From: a virus
DNA: 64,000 bases
IMG/VR virus record: IMGVR_UViG_3300027798_003516
Coordinates: 31,958 to 95,957 of that record
Reading direction: 5' to 3' (one strand)
Shown in pieces: positions 1 through 9,133 of the stretch. The position numbers were made by a program, and so were the translations under genes. Within the stretch, counting starts at the first letter, position 1. Every line of letters starts with the position of its first letter. Under the pieces are notes generated by a model. That model worked only from the letters and a program-made list of their open reading frames with translations. It had not been told where the DNA came from and ran no database searches.

Positions 1-163
1 CTGGATCAAAGGTTTGAAATTTTACCAACAAGCCTAAACCGATTCCAGAATCTGCCATCCAACTAAGTTTAAAATTTTGAACTTCTGGATGCAACTGCAA
101 TAATTCGTTTAACTTTTCAATTTGTTCCCTAGTTAACACAATTGAATCTCTTAGATTACTCAT
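1..163 (-). CDS. Hypothetical protein, runs off the window edge
   Basis: ATG overlaps the stop of 160..384 (ATGA); frame stays open to position 1. Confidence 0.55.
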   Translation of the reverse strand, partial: MSNLRDSIVLTREQIEKLNELLQLHPEVQNFKLSWMADSGIGLGLLVKFQTFDP

Positions 164-384
164 GCTATCTCCTCATTGTTATCTTCTTTTGCGGCCTCTA
201 GCAATCGTATAAGCGAGTTTACGCCGGCTTCTGACATGGTTAATGTGGTATATCCTATTCGCAAGGTGATAGAACCATCAAGTGTTTTACCAACTTGGTA
301 TACTGGGCCTTCGTCGGCCTTGGGCACTTCAACTGGCTTGATCTCTGGCATGATATATTCTGGCTTTTTAAAAAAATCAAACAT
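160..384 (-). CDS. Hypothetical phage protein
   Basis: Part of the packed minus-strand gene run. Confidence 0.6.
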   Translation of the reverse strand: MFDFFKKPEYIMPEIKPVEVPKADEGPVYQVGKTLDGSITLRIGYTTLTMSEAGVNSLIRLLEAAKEDNNEEIA

Positions 385-388
385 TGAA

Positions 389-634
389 TTAGTATCCCTG
401 TAACTTGTTTAGTATAACAGTTTCTTTGTGTTCTTGCAACCAGGCATCTTCACCATAAAACTCGGGGCACTTGTTTAGCTGTCGCTGTGCTTCCCAAAAT
501 ATCTCGTACAGTTTTTGTTTCTGACCCCATTGGTAATATCCATCCATGTGTGGGTCAGTGCAGTTATATCCAAGTTTCTGAATATCCCAAACTATGTCAT
601 TAAGGCTTACTTCTGAAGACATTTTTAATTGCAT
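389..634 (-). CDS. Hypothetical phage protein
   Basis: Part of the packed minus-strand gene run. Confidence 0.6.
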   Translation of the reverse strand: MQLKMSSEVSLNDIVWDIQKLGYNCTDPHMDGYYQWGQKQKLYEIFWEAQRQLNKCPEFYGEDAWLQEHKETVILNKLQGY

Positions 635-782
635 TAAAAAGATTGAGGAACCTGGCCTTGTAAGGATCGTTTATAATTTGATCTGCTAGACTAGGGTGAT
701 GGGGACAGCGTCCTTGCCGCCAATTGCATTGCGGCGAATATATGTCACCGCATGTTGTACAACGAGTAGTTTTAGTATCCAT
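600..782 (-). CDS. Small Cys/His protein, possible Zn finger
   Basis: CTTC...C...CPHH; sigma70-like promoter directly upstream. Confidence 0.55.
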   Translation of the reverse strand: MDTKTTRCTTCGDIYSPQCNWRQGRCPHHPSLADQIINDPYKARFLNLFNAIKNVFRSKP

Positions 783-788
783 GTTAAT

Positions 789-818
789 AGTATAACACGA
801 ATACTAAACAAATGTCAA
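789..818 (-). promoter_or_regulatory. Sigma70-like promoter
   Basis: TTGACA-N18-TATACT. Confidence 0.55.
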
Positions 819-820
819 CT

Positions 821-1195
821 TTAATTTGCGCCGAAATCTTCTGCGCGGTGCATGGTTGGGCTAGTGTCAATGCCCACACCAACAAAGTCATCCATTGGAT
901 CAACGTCTGACACAGCCAGCACTTCTTTGTTATCTAAATGAACCAATTTCATTGTTTCACCGTTGTGCTCACATTCGAACTGTCGGCTCCAACGGCCATG
1001 TGACACCAATACATATTGGCCTGGAGTGACCCAATCAATGCCTTCACCCACTAAACGAACTCGGGCCCAGCGAGGACGGATGCCTCGGTCCTTGCCATTT
1101 TCACCTTGAATAATAATGCCACTGGCAGTTACTCGTTGTTCTAATCCCAGCAACTCGGCCAAGATGCGTTCTTTCAATGGTCTAATAGTTTTCAT
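821..1195 (-). CDS. groES: Co-chaperonin GroES-like protein
   Basis: IRPLKERIL...TASGIII...VGEG, Cpn10 pattern. Confidence 0.85.
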   Translation of the reverse strand: MKTIRPLKERILAELLGLEQRVTASGIIIQGENGKDRGIRPRWARVRLVGEGIDWVTPGQYVLVSHGRWSRQFECEHNGETMKLVHLDNKEVLAVSDVDPMDDFVGVGIDTSPTMHRAEDFGAN

Positions 1196-1593
1196 TATAG
1201 GCTCGTTGGAGTTGGTTGTGCTTTTGGAGCGACTTGTATACTGCCGTCACTGTATTCGGTTTCAATGGATTCAAATCCGTCAATTGATGTAATATTTCTA
1301 GTGGCAACTACTGTTGGCGTATAGTCGGCTGTCACTGGCGAATTCCTAACCGGATTGATGGTGTCATCTGCTTTTAGGCTGACTTGTTTTTCTTGGTTAT
1401 TTTGTAAGTTTGATACTGCTCTTGAAATACTCTGGCTTGGTATTTTTATATTGCCTCTGGCGTCGACAACATCACCTCGTCCATTTAAATTACCGTTGCC
1501 AACTGCTGGAGTATCACCGTGCTTGTCTGCAAAAGCACTCATGTTAAACTCTCGACCCTTGTGGGTCTTGTATCTTGGCGTGTGTTGACTCAT
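1195..1593 (-). CDS. Hypothetical phage protein
   Basis: 132 aa; translationally coupled to both neighbours. Confidence 0.7.
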   Translation of the reverse strand: MSQHTPRYKTHKGREFNMSAFADKHGDTPAVGNGNLNGRGDVVDARGNIKIPSQSISRAVSNLQNNQEKQVSLKADDTINPVRNSPVTADYTPTVVATRNITSIDGFESIETEYSDGSIQVAPKAQPTPTSL

Positions 1594-2096
1594 CTAATAA
1601 ACTCCTTAATATCTAAATTGTACTTAATTGGATTGATCTGGTGCAGTTCGACCAAGTACAACAAGAACGAACTAACGGAACTGCCTCGGCCTACTCCCCA
1701 AATAATGTTATTCTCTTTCATTATTCGAACCAGGTAAATCATAAAACGAAGCATAGGTTCTAAACCACGACTTCTAAATAATTCTAATTCTTCTACTACC
1801 CTATGGGCTTCTTCAATTGTACTAATCTTTTCAGCAAAGTATATATCTAAATCCAAACTGGCGATATCACCAGGAAGATTCCAATTTTTTAATGCTTCTT
1901 CTACTGTCATTGGCAATGGTTGAGAATAAAATGATGGTGCTTGTCCAAGATCGTTACATCCGTTTATGTAGCGATCGAGTATGCTGGAATTTACAGTCAA
2001 CTGTCCAGCCTTGTCTTGGTACAGTAATTCTACCAAGTCTTGTTCATTGATGGTTGTAGTTGGCATGTCAAGCAATGCTGTCTTTGAATTGATCAT
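1590..2096 (-). CDS. Stand-alone fragment of DNA polymerase III alpha (DnaE) family
   Basis: RV.EEL...IIWGVGRGSSVSSFLLYL...INPIKYNL matches the DnaE GRGS motif region; only 168 aa. Confidence 0.8.
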   Translation of the reverse strand: MINSKTALLDMPTTTINEQDLVELLYQDKAGQLTVNSSILDRYINGCNDLGQAPSFYSQPLPMTVEEALKNWNLPGDIASLDLDIYFAEKISTIEEAHRVVEELELFRSRGLEPMLRFMIYLVRIMKENNIIWGVGRGSSVSSFLLYLVELHQINPIKYNLDIKEFIR

Positions 2097-2277
2097 TGTC
2101 TTTGTTTTCGCTGGCCGCGTAGCTTTGTTTGTAACCCATTTCCCAGATTGCTTGTTTGATTGCTTCCATGTGACCCAATAATTGCGATAGCACTTCTTGA
2201 CTTGCTCCGCCCTGCCATGCGGCGTTGTATTTTTTACTAATCAGGGTTTGTTGAACCATAAGCTCTTCAAATTTCAT
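2068..2277 (-). CDS. Hypothetical protein
   Basis: Probable start MKFEEL. Confidence 0.5.
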   Translation of the reverse strand: MKFEELMVQQTLISKKYNAAWQGGASQEVLSQLLGHMEAIKQAIWEMGYKQSYAASENKDNDQFKDSIA

Positions 2278-2302
2278 AGAATAGTATTTGGAATACATGC
2301 TA

Positions 2303-2641
2303 TTAACCTGGATTGAAACTGCTACCGCAACCACAAGTGGATTGAGCACCTGGATTATCAATTACAAAACTTGAACCAGCAAGATCTTCTTTGTAGTTGA
2401 TGGTGGCCCCAGTGAGATATGAAATACTCATTGAATCAATGACCACTTTGACACCATTCTTTTCAAAATGGAAATCATCTTCGTTTTTCTCTTCGTCAAA
2501 TGTGAATCCATATTGCATTCCACTACAACCACCACCTTGTACAAATACTCGCAATGCCACATTGTCACTGATATCTGCTGTTTCTAGCATGATGTCCTTG
2601 ATCTTTGCATAAGCATCATCTGTAATATTAACTTGTTCCAT
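2303..2641 (-). CDS. erpA: A-type Fe-S carrier, ErpA/IscA (HesB family)
   Basis: [17 protein letters not shown] and [14 protein letters not shown]. Confidence 0.93.
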   Translation of the reverse strand: MEQVNITDDAYAKIKDIMLETADISDNVALRVFVQGGGCSGMQYGFTFDEEKNEDDFHFEKNGVKVVIDSMSISYLTGATINYKEDLAGSSFVIDNPGAQSTCGCGSSFNPG

Positions 2642-2642
2642 A

Positions 2643-2852
2643 TTATGACCTCACAATGATTTCGATTAGCTCTTCCTTCTTCTTCCTAGAATTGATGGAA
2701 ATATTATGCTTTTGAGCATAAGCTACGACTTGTCTTTTAGTTAGCTGATCTAGCTCTTCCCTGCGATGCCGTGCAGACACAATCAATGGTTCGCTGATCA
2801 ACGATGCGTTTTCATCCACTTGCTTGCCTAAAAATGATTTAATTGTACTCAT
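2643..2852 (-). CDS. Small protein with Rho-N/HeH-like nucleic-acid-binding motif
   Basis: [18 protein letters not shown]...[10 protein letters not shown]. Confidence 0.45.
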   Translation of the reverse strand: MSTIKSFLGKQVDENASLISEPLIVSARHRREELDQLTKRQVVAYAQKHNISINSRKKKEELIEIIVRS

Positions 2853-3129
2853 TGCTGACATTTTCTCCGACATGTATTTTTGCAAATAAAGCATCTTCCT
2901 TGTCCTCAAATAGTAAAAAGGCCCGTTCTCGGCCAATTATTCCAAATCCCCAACCACACCAATAATTTGATAACTCTACCATTTTACTCAATACATCATG
3001 AGGAATGCCTTGTACTGCTTCCAACTGTCCATCTTCTCTTAGCACTGGTATAGCCCAAAACTGTTCAGGTTTTTCGTCCTGAATATGGCTGTAAACTTGA
3101 TGAAGATCAGCATGTGTTAGTAACCGCAT
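2839..3129 (-). CDS. Hypothetical protein
   Basis: Directly downstream of iscS. Confidence 0.55.
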   Translation of the reverse strand: MRLLTHADLHQVYSHIQDEKPEQFWAIPVLREDGQLEAVQGIPHDVLSKMVELSNYWCGWGFGIIGRERAFLLFEDKEDALFAKIHVGENVSNEYN

Positions 3130-3130
3130 G

Positions 3131-4351
3131 TTAATGGCTTGCCCACTGTATGGCGTCCAAATCAACACCGTCTTTGTACATTTCCCAAAGTGGACTTAGT
3201 TCTCTCAGTCCAGCGATCTTGCGCTGAATCAGTTCAATTGCAAAGTCTATTTCTTGTTCGGTGGTGTATCGGCCCAGTGTAAACCTTATACTGCTGTGTG
3301 CCAGTTCGTCATTACGGCCCAAGGCTCTTAGCACATAACTGGGTTCAAGACTGGCACTTGTACAGGCCGAACCTGAACTTACTGCCAATTGTTTCAAGGC
3401 CATGATCATGCTTTCACCTTCCACATAGTTGAAACTGATGTTGAGATTGTGTGGCACACGCTGAGTCATGTCTCCGTTGATGAACACTTGCTCAATGGTT
3501 TCTAGACCTGCCAGCAGTCGATCACGCAGGATTCTCACTCGGGCAGTTTCTTCCTGTAAATGTATCTTGGCCAGTCTAAATGCTTCGCCCATGCCCACAA
3601 TTTGATGTGTGGCCAGGGTGCCTGATCGCATGCCTCGTTCATGGCCGCCACCGTGTATCTGTGCTTCAATTCTCATTCTGGGCTTGCGGCGCACATACAA
3701 GGCACCAATGCCTTTGGGACCGTAAGTCTTATGGGCACTAAAACTCATTAGGTCAACTTTTAACAGTTGTAGGTCAATCTCTACCTTGCCCGTGGCCTGC
3801 GCCGCATCCACATGGAATGCAATACCTTTTGATCTGGCTAATTCACCAATCTGTTCAATATCCTGTATTACACCAATTTCGTTGTTGACATAGATCACGC
3901 TGATCAAGGTAGTGTCAGGCTGTATGGCCGCAGTCAACTGAGCCACATCAATCAGGCCATTGGGTAGTACATCAAGATAGGTCACAGTCCAACCATCTCG
4001 TTCCAGTTCACGACAAGCATCTAAGGTGGCCTTGTGTTCAGTCTTTACTGTGATGATGTGTTGCCCTTGGCCTTTTCTAAACTTGGCCGCACCTTTGATG
4101 GCAAGATTAATGCTTTCGGTGGCACCACTAGTCCAGACAATTTCTCTAGGATCTGCGCCCACTAGGTCAGCCACATGTTGTCGGGCCTGTTCTACTGCGG
4201 CTTCTGCTGACCAGCCGTAGGCATGACTGCGTGATGCAGGATTACCAAACTGCTCACGCATGTAGGGAATCATGGCATCTACCACTAGTGGATCCATGGG
4301 AGTGGTTGAACTATAGTCCAGGTAAACTGGAAATTCTGTGTAGTCTATCAC
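3131..4351 (-). CDS. iscS: Cysteine desulfurase IscS
   Basis: [26 protein letters not shown] (PLP Lys), [17 protein letters not shown] (catalytic Cys). Confidence 0.97.
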   Translation of the reverse strand: MIDYTEFPVYLDYSSTTPMDPLVVDAMIPYMREQFGNPASRSHAYGWSAEAAVEQARQHVADLVGADPREIVWTSGATESINLAIKGAAKFRKGQGQHIITVKTEHKATLDACRELERDGWTVTYLDVLPNGLIDVAQLTAAIQPDTTLISVIYVNNEIGVIQDIEQIGELARSKGIAFHVDAAQATGKVEIDLQLLKVDLMSFSAHKTYGPKGIGALYVRRKPRMRIEAQIHGGGHERGMRSGTLATHQIVGMGEAFRLAKIHLQEETARVRILRDRLLAGLETIEQVFINGDMTQRVPHNLNISFNYVEGESMIMALKQLAVSSGSACTSASLEPSYVLRALGRNDELAHSSIRFTLGRYTTEQEIDFAIELIQRKIAGLRELSPLWEMYKDGVDLDAIQWASH

Positions 4352-4359
4352 AGCTATCC

Positions 4360-4566
4360 TTAAACTGTTCTGAAATGTTTTTGTAACACTTCTAGCTTGT
4401 CTTCATACTCTGCAATGTGTGCTATCTCTTTTTCCACAGCCGCCATCCAATCAGTGTGATCGTGTATGGCCATAGGATTGTTCAGCATGATCTCCACATT
4501 CATCTTGTGCTTCAGAATGTTGGCTGAAAAGTTTGCTGTCAATGCATCTATTAATTTTATTTTCAT
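4360..4566 (-). CDS. Hypothetical phage protein
   Basis: 68 aa ORF in the gene run. Confidence 0.6.
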   Translation of the reverse strand: MKIKLIDALTANFSANILKHKMNVEIMLNNPMAIHDHTDWMAAVEKEIAHIAEYEDKLEVLQKHFRTV

Positions 4567-4587
4567 TTTAGATATTCTCTATTCAAT

Positions 4588-5433
4588 TTATTGCTGATAA
4601 GTTTGAATGCCGGCCAATAACCAACCACCAGAGGATTTTGACTTGGTCATGTTCCAAACTTCTTCAAATGCCTCAGCTTCTGCTCCCACTGTGTCTTGTA
4701 TTGTGCCGGCAAATTCCACACTGGCTATGTAATTGACATCAGTTTCTTCTATGCCCAACATTTTCACTGTCAATGATATCACTGCTGTTCTATATACCTG
4801 GGTAGCATCGCGAGATGCAATTTGTTGTTGTATCTCTGTCAACATGGTGTCTGTCATCATACTGCCTAGGGTGGTGATATCTGCCCGGTCCCATGCGCCT
4901 TGTAACAACACGAAGTTTTGTTTGGCGGCAGATTCGAAACCTGCTACATCAAACCCTGCAGGAATGGTCCAAGTGGGGGCCACTGCAACTCCAATCATTG
5001 AACCACCTGAGAACCGTGTGGGTTGATCAATTACAGCATTGGTTCCAGCGCCTTGATAAGCAAGGTCAGGTGAACTGGCCATCATACGCCGACGCATGAA
5101 CCAACCTATTGCTCCTAACACCACAGCACCAATCAACAGTGCCATCATAATATTGCCAAATGCCTCACCCATGCCCAGACTACTGGCCAACCAAGCCAGA
5201 CCCAAGCCTGCCGCAAGTCCTCCTAGCATAGCACCCCATGGTCGACTGGGTGCAGGTGCAGGTGCCGCGGTTGGTGGTGTGGCTTGTGCCGGAGGTGTGG
5301 CCTGTTTTTTAGTCACATTAGAACTTTGTTGTCCTACGCTTTTGCCACTACCCATGCGTTTATTACCGGCTTCGGCAATCACACTGGCAAAAGCCATTAC
5401 GCTTATTAATAAAATTGCAATAAACTTTTTCAT
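4588..5433 (-). CDS. Tim44-like domain membrane protein
   Basis: Signal peptide, KRMGSGKSVG, Gly-rich TM segments, F..AAKQNFVLLQGAWD...FEEVW...WLLAGIQ. Confidence 0.88.
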   Translation of the reverse strand: MKKFIAILLISVMAFASVIAEAGNKRMGSGKSVGQQSSNVTKKQATPPAQATPPTAAPAPAPSRPWGAMLGGLAAGLGLAWLASSLGMGEAFGNIMMALLIGAVVLGAIGWFMRRRMMASSPDLAYQGAGTNAVIDQPTRFSGGSMIGVAVAPTWTIPAGFDVAGFESAAKQNFVLLQGAWDRADITTLGSMMTDTMLTEIQQQIASRDATQVYRTAVISLTVKMLGIEETDVNYIASVEFAGTIQDTVGAEAEAFEEVWNMTKSKSSGGWLLAGIQTYQQ

Positions 5434-5434
5434 A

Positions 5435-6082
5435 TTATCTCCTTGATGCAAGTACTATCTTGCAAATATGCTCCAATCGCTCTATGTGTTCATAGGCTCT
5501 CCATGGACTTGTGTCAATGGCAACTACTCCATGTCCCTTTATGCCCACAATATCAAAAGCAATATTGCCAGCCGTATCCAATTGCAACTGCCGATGACAT
5601 TGATCCGCAAGCTCTTGACTGATGGGAGGCACATCGCCTACATTGGGTGCTACCCGAGTATATCTATTTAATTCTGGAAAGTCTGCACTCACTGTGCTTA
5701 GATCAATGCCGGCGTGCATGGCCGCAATACAGTAAGTGGGGTGAACATGTACAACCACACGAACCTCTCCGGTGTGTTGACCCATTTCTTTTTGCAATCC
5801 AAAATGCAATGGCAGTTCTCCACTGGGCTTGAGGTTGGCACTGATATCAGTATATGTCAACTCAGTGCTGGCATGATACAGCCTAGGAGGTTGGTCATAA
5901 TAACCCTTCTCAATGCCAATCTTCTTAAACTGATCTGGCTGTAGAGTTTGTTTACGGACACCACTGGGAGTGATATAGAAGTGGTCACGGTCGTGATGTC
6001 GTATGCTGACATTGCCATCACGACTGGTAATCCAATTACGCTTGTAAGCGTCTTCTAGCACTTCACAAATGGTTTCTAACAT
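5435..6082 (-). CDS. Class II aldolase/adducin-family protein
   Basis: DGNVS, ITPSG, KPSGELPLH, VVHVHP, KGHGVV. Confidence 0.9.
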   Translation of the reverse strand: MLETICEVLEDAYKRNWITSRDGNVSIRHHDRDHFYITPSGVRKQTLQPDQFKKIGIEKGYYDQPPRLYHASTELTYTDISANLKPSGELPLHFGLQKEMGQHTGEVRVVVHVHPTYCIAAMHAGIDLSTVSADFPELNRYTRVAPNVGDVPPISQELADQCHRQLQLDTAGNIAFDIVGIKGHGVVAIDTSPWRAYEHIERLEHICKIVLASRR

Positions 6083-6279
6083 TATTCATGACCTTTATGA
6101 ATCAGCTGATTAACAATATTAAGATCAAACTCTAATTTAGAAATTCGATCGCGCATCTGTTGATATTCTTCACTGTGTACATCGCCGTTGGCAACCACAA
6201 TATCTAAATACATCTCTGCGGCTCGGTCATGTGCAATTTTAAGCTCGTGTTCTATTAGTACTCTTCTGTCTTTTAACAT
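6082..6279 (-). CDS. Hypothetical protein
   Basis: Coupled between queD and the aldolase. Confidence 0.6.
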   Translation of the reverse strand: MLKDRRVLIEHELKIAHDRAAEMYLDIVVANGDVHSEEYQQMRDRISKLEFDLNIVNQLIHKGHE

Positions 6280-6788
6280 TATGCAAACAAGTCCTCATTC
6301 CATTCACGGTGTCCTTCACGGAACGCCATGTTACTTTGTGTTTCACGAACTTCTACACGATAGCACCAAAGTCGTTGTGCTTCACCGTGTCCTAGGTAAT
6401 CAGGAATGTAAACACCATTGACATACTTGTAAAGCTGATCTGCTAGACCTTCGCAACCCAATTTGGGCAGGATTGTCAGTTTGGCCAACTTGCGCTGTTC
6501 CATCTCTTTGTAAAAGGCCAGTTCAGGATCGTCCTCTGCTACCAGTAGGGTGTGATCAAATTGACTTTCCAATACACCTTTGAGTTCTTTGAGGCCACCA
6601 TAATCGGCCGCCCAGTTGCGAGCATCCAGATAGTCTGTACCAAAGTAAAACTTCATACTAAAACTGTATCCATGAATTAAATTGCAGTGACTATCGGCCC
6701 TCCACTGTCTGTACGCACATGGAAATGCGTCATGATACTCTTTGGTGCTGGTGTACTTGTATTGTACGGGTTGTAATAAATTTGCCAT
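6279..6788 (-). CDS. queD: 6-carboxytetrahydropterin / PTPS synthase (QueD family)
   Basis: HCNLIHGY, DYGGLK, FDHTLL, VEVRET; SD AAGGAG before the ATG at 6788. Confidence 0.88.
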   Translation of the reverse strand: MANLLQPVQYKYTSTKEYHDAFPCAYRQWRADSHCNLIHGYSFSMKFYFGTDYLDARNWAADYGGLKELKGVLESQFDHTLLVAEDDPELAFYKEMEQRKLAKLTILPKLGCEGLADQLYKYVNGVYIPDYLGHGEAQRLWCYRVEVRETQSNMAFREGHREWNEDLFA

Positions 6789-6818
6789 TGTTATCTCCTT
6801 TAGATTTAGCAATGACAT

Positions 6819-6858
6819 GCAGAATATTTAAAGAGGGATGAATGCCGAAAAGTCCTCT
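6819..6858 (-). ncRNA. Candidate preQ1-I-like riboswitch aptamer in the queD leader
   Basis: AGAGG-ACUUUUCGGCAUUCAUC-CCUCU-UUAAAUAUUCUGC: 5-bp P1, C at the end of the loop, A-rich tail, tail CUG can pair with loop CGG. Confidence 0.45.
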
Positions 6859-6877
6859 AGCTATACTTATCAAAGCG

Positions 6878-7462
6878 TTATCGTGTTTTCAACTCTTTAA
6901 TACCTAGTTTGGAAAAGGATCGTTGTACTCCAATGAGTTGACTCCAACAATCCCATAATGCATGGTGTGCCGCACCTTGTGGTCTCTCTAGTCCAGGCAC
7001 CAATGCATATAGTGTACGAGCGTCACGGGCTTGCCAGTAACTCCAGGCCACTCCTCGCTTGAGTTCGCGACTAAAGTGTTCAAGTATGTTTAGGTCAAAG
7101 CCTGTACCGTTGGCCCATATTGCGTCGACACCACCACACCACTTGTGGAAGTCTCGTAGCACATCACGAATGTCATGCCTGTCATCTTCTGCAAATGCTT
7201 CCGCACGAACTTCTTCGTTTTGTTTGCCCCACCATTCCAGCGTGGCATCATCAACAATATGATCAAGCCCTTCAAAGCTTTCTAGGCTAACACGACGATA
7301 AAATGTGTCCATTTTTTCCATTGGGTTGTTGACATCATCTGCCCAAGGATTGAATCGTATTGCACCAATAGTAAGCATTAGGCTATTTGGTTTGGTGCCA
7401 AGTGTCTCAAGGTCAACCATAATATGGTTTCCAGGAGTGTTATAGTTAAATGCTGTTACCAT
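6878..7462 (-). CDS. DEDD 3'-5' exonuclease (RNase AS / Exo VIII-like)
   Basis: MVDLETLG, WANGTGFD, RDART, HHALWD. Confidence 0.85.
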   Translation of the reverse strand: MVTAFNYNTPGNHIMVDLETLGTKPNSLMLTIGAIRFNPWADDVNNPMEKMDTFYRRVSLESFEGLDHIVDDATLEWWGKQNEEVRAEAFAEDDRHDIRDVLRDFHKWCGGVDAIWANGTGFDLNILEHFSRELKRGVAWSYWQARDARTLYALVPGLERPQGAAHHALWDCWSQLIGVQRSFSKLGIKELKTR

Positions 7463-7628
7463 TGGTAACTTCCTTTTTCTTTAAAATCCAAGAACCGTCT
7501 TTGTTGTCGTGCCACTCAAGTGTGTCACCTTCTTTCCAACCAGCCTGCGCCAATAGATCCTCAGGGAACTGCAAAATACATTCACCTGTAGCAGGATCTT
7601 CTTCAACTGTGAGTGTCCAAGATGCCAT
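7446..7628 (-). CDS. AbrB/MazE-like small DNA-binding protein
   Basis: ILQFPEDLLAQAGWKEGDTLEW. Confidence 0.6.
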   Translation of the reverse strand: MASWTLTVEEDPATGECILQFPEDLLAQAGWKEGDTLEWHDNKDGSWILKKKEVTNGNSI

Positions 7629-7870
7629 TATACTAAACTCAATAGTTGTGCAGAGAGAGATTTAACATCTTTATCTGACAAGAAGAAGTTGTAAGTGCTG
7701 GTGTCTGCTACTGTGCCGTCAGCCCGCAATGATTCATTGATAAACTCGATTGAGTTGATGTCCTTAGGCGACACTGGCTTCCAACTTCGAATACGCAAAC
7801 GATAACCAGTGTTTTCTTTTGCAACAAATTCTTTGACATCGAGGTCAGGGTGTAGAGTGGTGGTAGTCAT
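7628..7870 (-). CDS. Hypothetical protein
   Basis: Coupled ORF. Confidence 0.6.
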   Translation of the reverse strand: MTTTTLHPDLDVKEFVAKENTGYRLRIRSWKPVSPKDINSIEFINESLRADGTVADTSTYNFFLSDKDVKSLSAQLLSLV

Positions 7871-8088
7871 TTTATTTTGTTTCCGTTAAAATCTTTAGTT
7901 GAAAGTTGATCTGGTGCTTTTTGTGCCAATCGCTCAAAGTCAGATGCGTTTGGATAATGGCGCATGATCCAACGAGCCCGTTCCCTAATAGGCCCAGGTA
8001 CCCTTGGTGTCACCTGCGGTATCAAAAGGTCTTCAATAAGACGCATGCCTTCGACCAGGGCACGGTATCTCTCATCAGGCATTGTCAT
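7867..8088 (-). CDS. BPSL0761-like hypothetical protein
   Basis: MTMPDERYRA...RERARWIMRHYP. Confidence 0.55.
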   Translation of the reverse strand: MTMPDERYRALVEGMRLIEDLLIPQVTPRVPGPIRERARWIMRHYPNASDFERLAQKAPDQLSTKDFNGNKIK

Positions 8089-8142
8089 AATTTTGTTCCA
8101 TATTCAAATTTTAACATCTATTAGAAGTAAATGCAACCACCA

Positions 8143-8976
8143 TTATGTCCAAAGTGATTGCCGAATCTTAATAAGACGGATCATCATTGCTTCATCTTCT
8201 TTTTCGTATGCGGCTTCAATTTTTTGCAACAGCTTGTGAGCTTTGTCACTCTGCTTTTTCATTTCGGGTGTTTTGTCAGCACTGAAACTTAGTTTACCAC
8301 CATTGGCTATTCTGCTGGCTTCACAATAATCTGTCCAACCGCTGGCATCGTATGCATCAGGCCGAGCACGATAGGTAACAGTCCACCATGTGTAAAGTTC
8401 TTTCATTTCCTTGGCGGCCAGCGCCTGGCCAGTTGGTACTGCTTCGCCCTTCTTACCTTCTTCTAACCATTCTTCATTGGTAAGGGTCATGGCCCAATCA
8501 AGGTGATCCAGTCCTGCTTGTGGACAGCGCCACACACGCCAGCGCCACCAACCACTAGCCCAGAATGGAGGATTGTATTTGGCACGGTCTTCTTTCTCAC
8601 CCCAGGCAATGTGGCTCCATGCTGTTTCTATCTCAACAAAATCCACCAGTTCATTGAATAGGCAAGGTAAAAAGCGGTTGCCCACATCCTGCCACTGGCC
8701 TGGCTTGATGTCCTGGGCATGGGCAGTAAGACTATGAGTGCGAGTAACCCAGCGGTTGTTGATGTAGTACTTGACAGAATAAATTTGATCAGGAATAAAA
8801 TAGACAGTTTTTTGTAAGTAATCTAATCCTTCTTCTGCTAACCAGTAGCGGAAGTTGTGTTTCATTTGAGCGCGAGTTGTCCACTCATCCCATTCTTCAC
8901 TGGTACCAGCACCAAGCTTGGCAGTTCCTCGAATCCAATCGGCAAATTTGCTACATGTCCAATAGTGACTTCTCAT
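8143..8976 (-). CDS. Trp-rich hypothetical phage protein
   Basis: 277 aa ORF. Confidence 0.75.
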   Translation of the reverse strand: MRSHYWTCSKFADWIRGTAKLGAGTSEEWDEWTTRAQMKHNFRYWLAEEGLDYLQKTVYFIPDQIYSVKYYINNRWVTRTHSLTAHAQDIKPGQWQDVGNRFLPCLFNELVDFVEIETAWSHIAWGEKEDRAKYNPPFWASGWWRWRVWRCPQAGLDHLDWAMTLTNEEWLEEGKKGEAVPTGQALAAKEMKELYTWWTVTYRARPDAYDASGWTDYCEASRIANGGKLSFSADKTPEMKKQSDKAHKLLQKIEAAYEKEDEAMMIRLIKIRQSLWT

Positions 8977-9133
8977 TTGTTAACTCCAGTTAATGGTTTG
9001 AATGGGGTTGTGGGTCTGTTGATACAATACTCGCAGGTTGGATCAGTACACTTGTCTTCCGTCCATTCATTGGTTTTTTCATTGTAATAAGCATCGTATT
9101 TTTCAGAATACACAAGGTCTTGACTATCGTTGT

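Noticed and set aside
2303-5433. Bacterial chromosome or host contamination
   Set aside because: The host-like genes lack their usual operon context and are interleaved with phage-type small ORFs.
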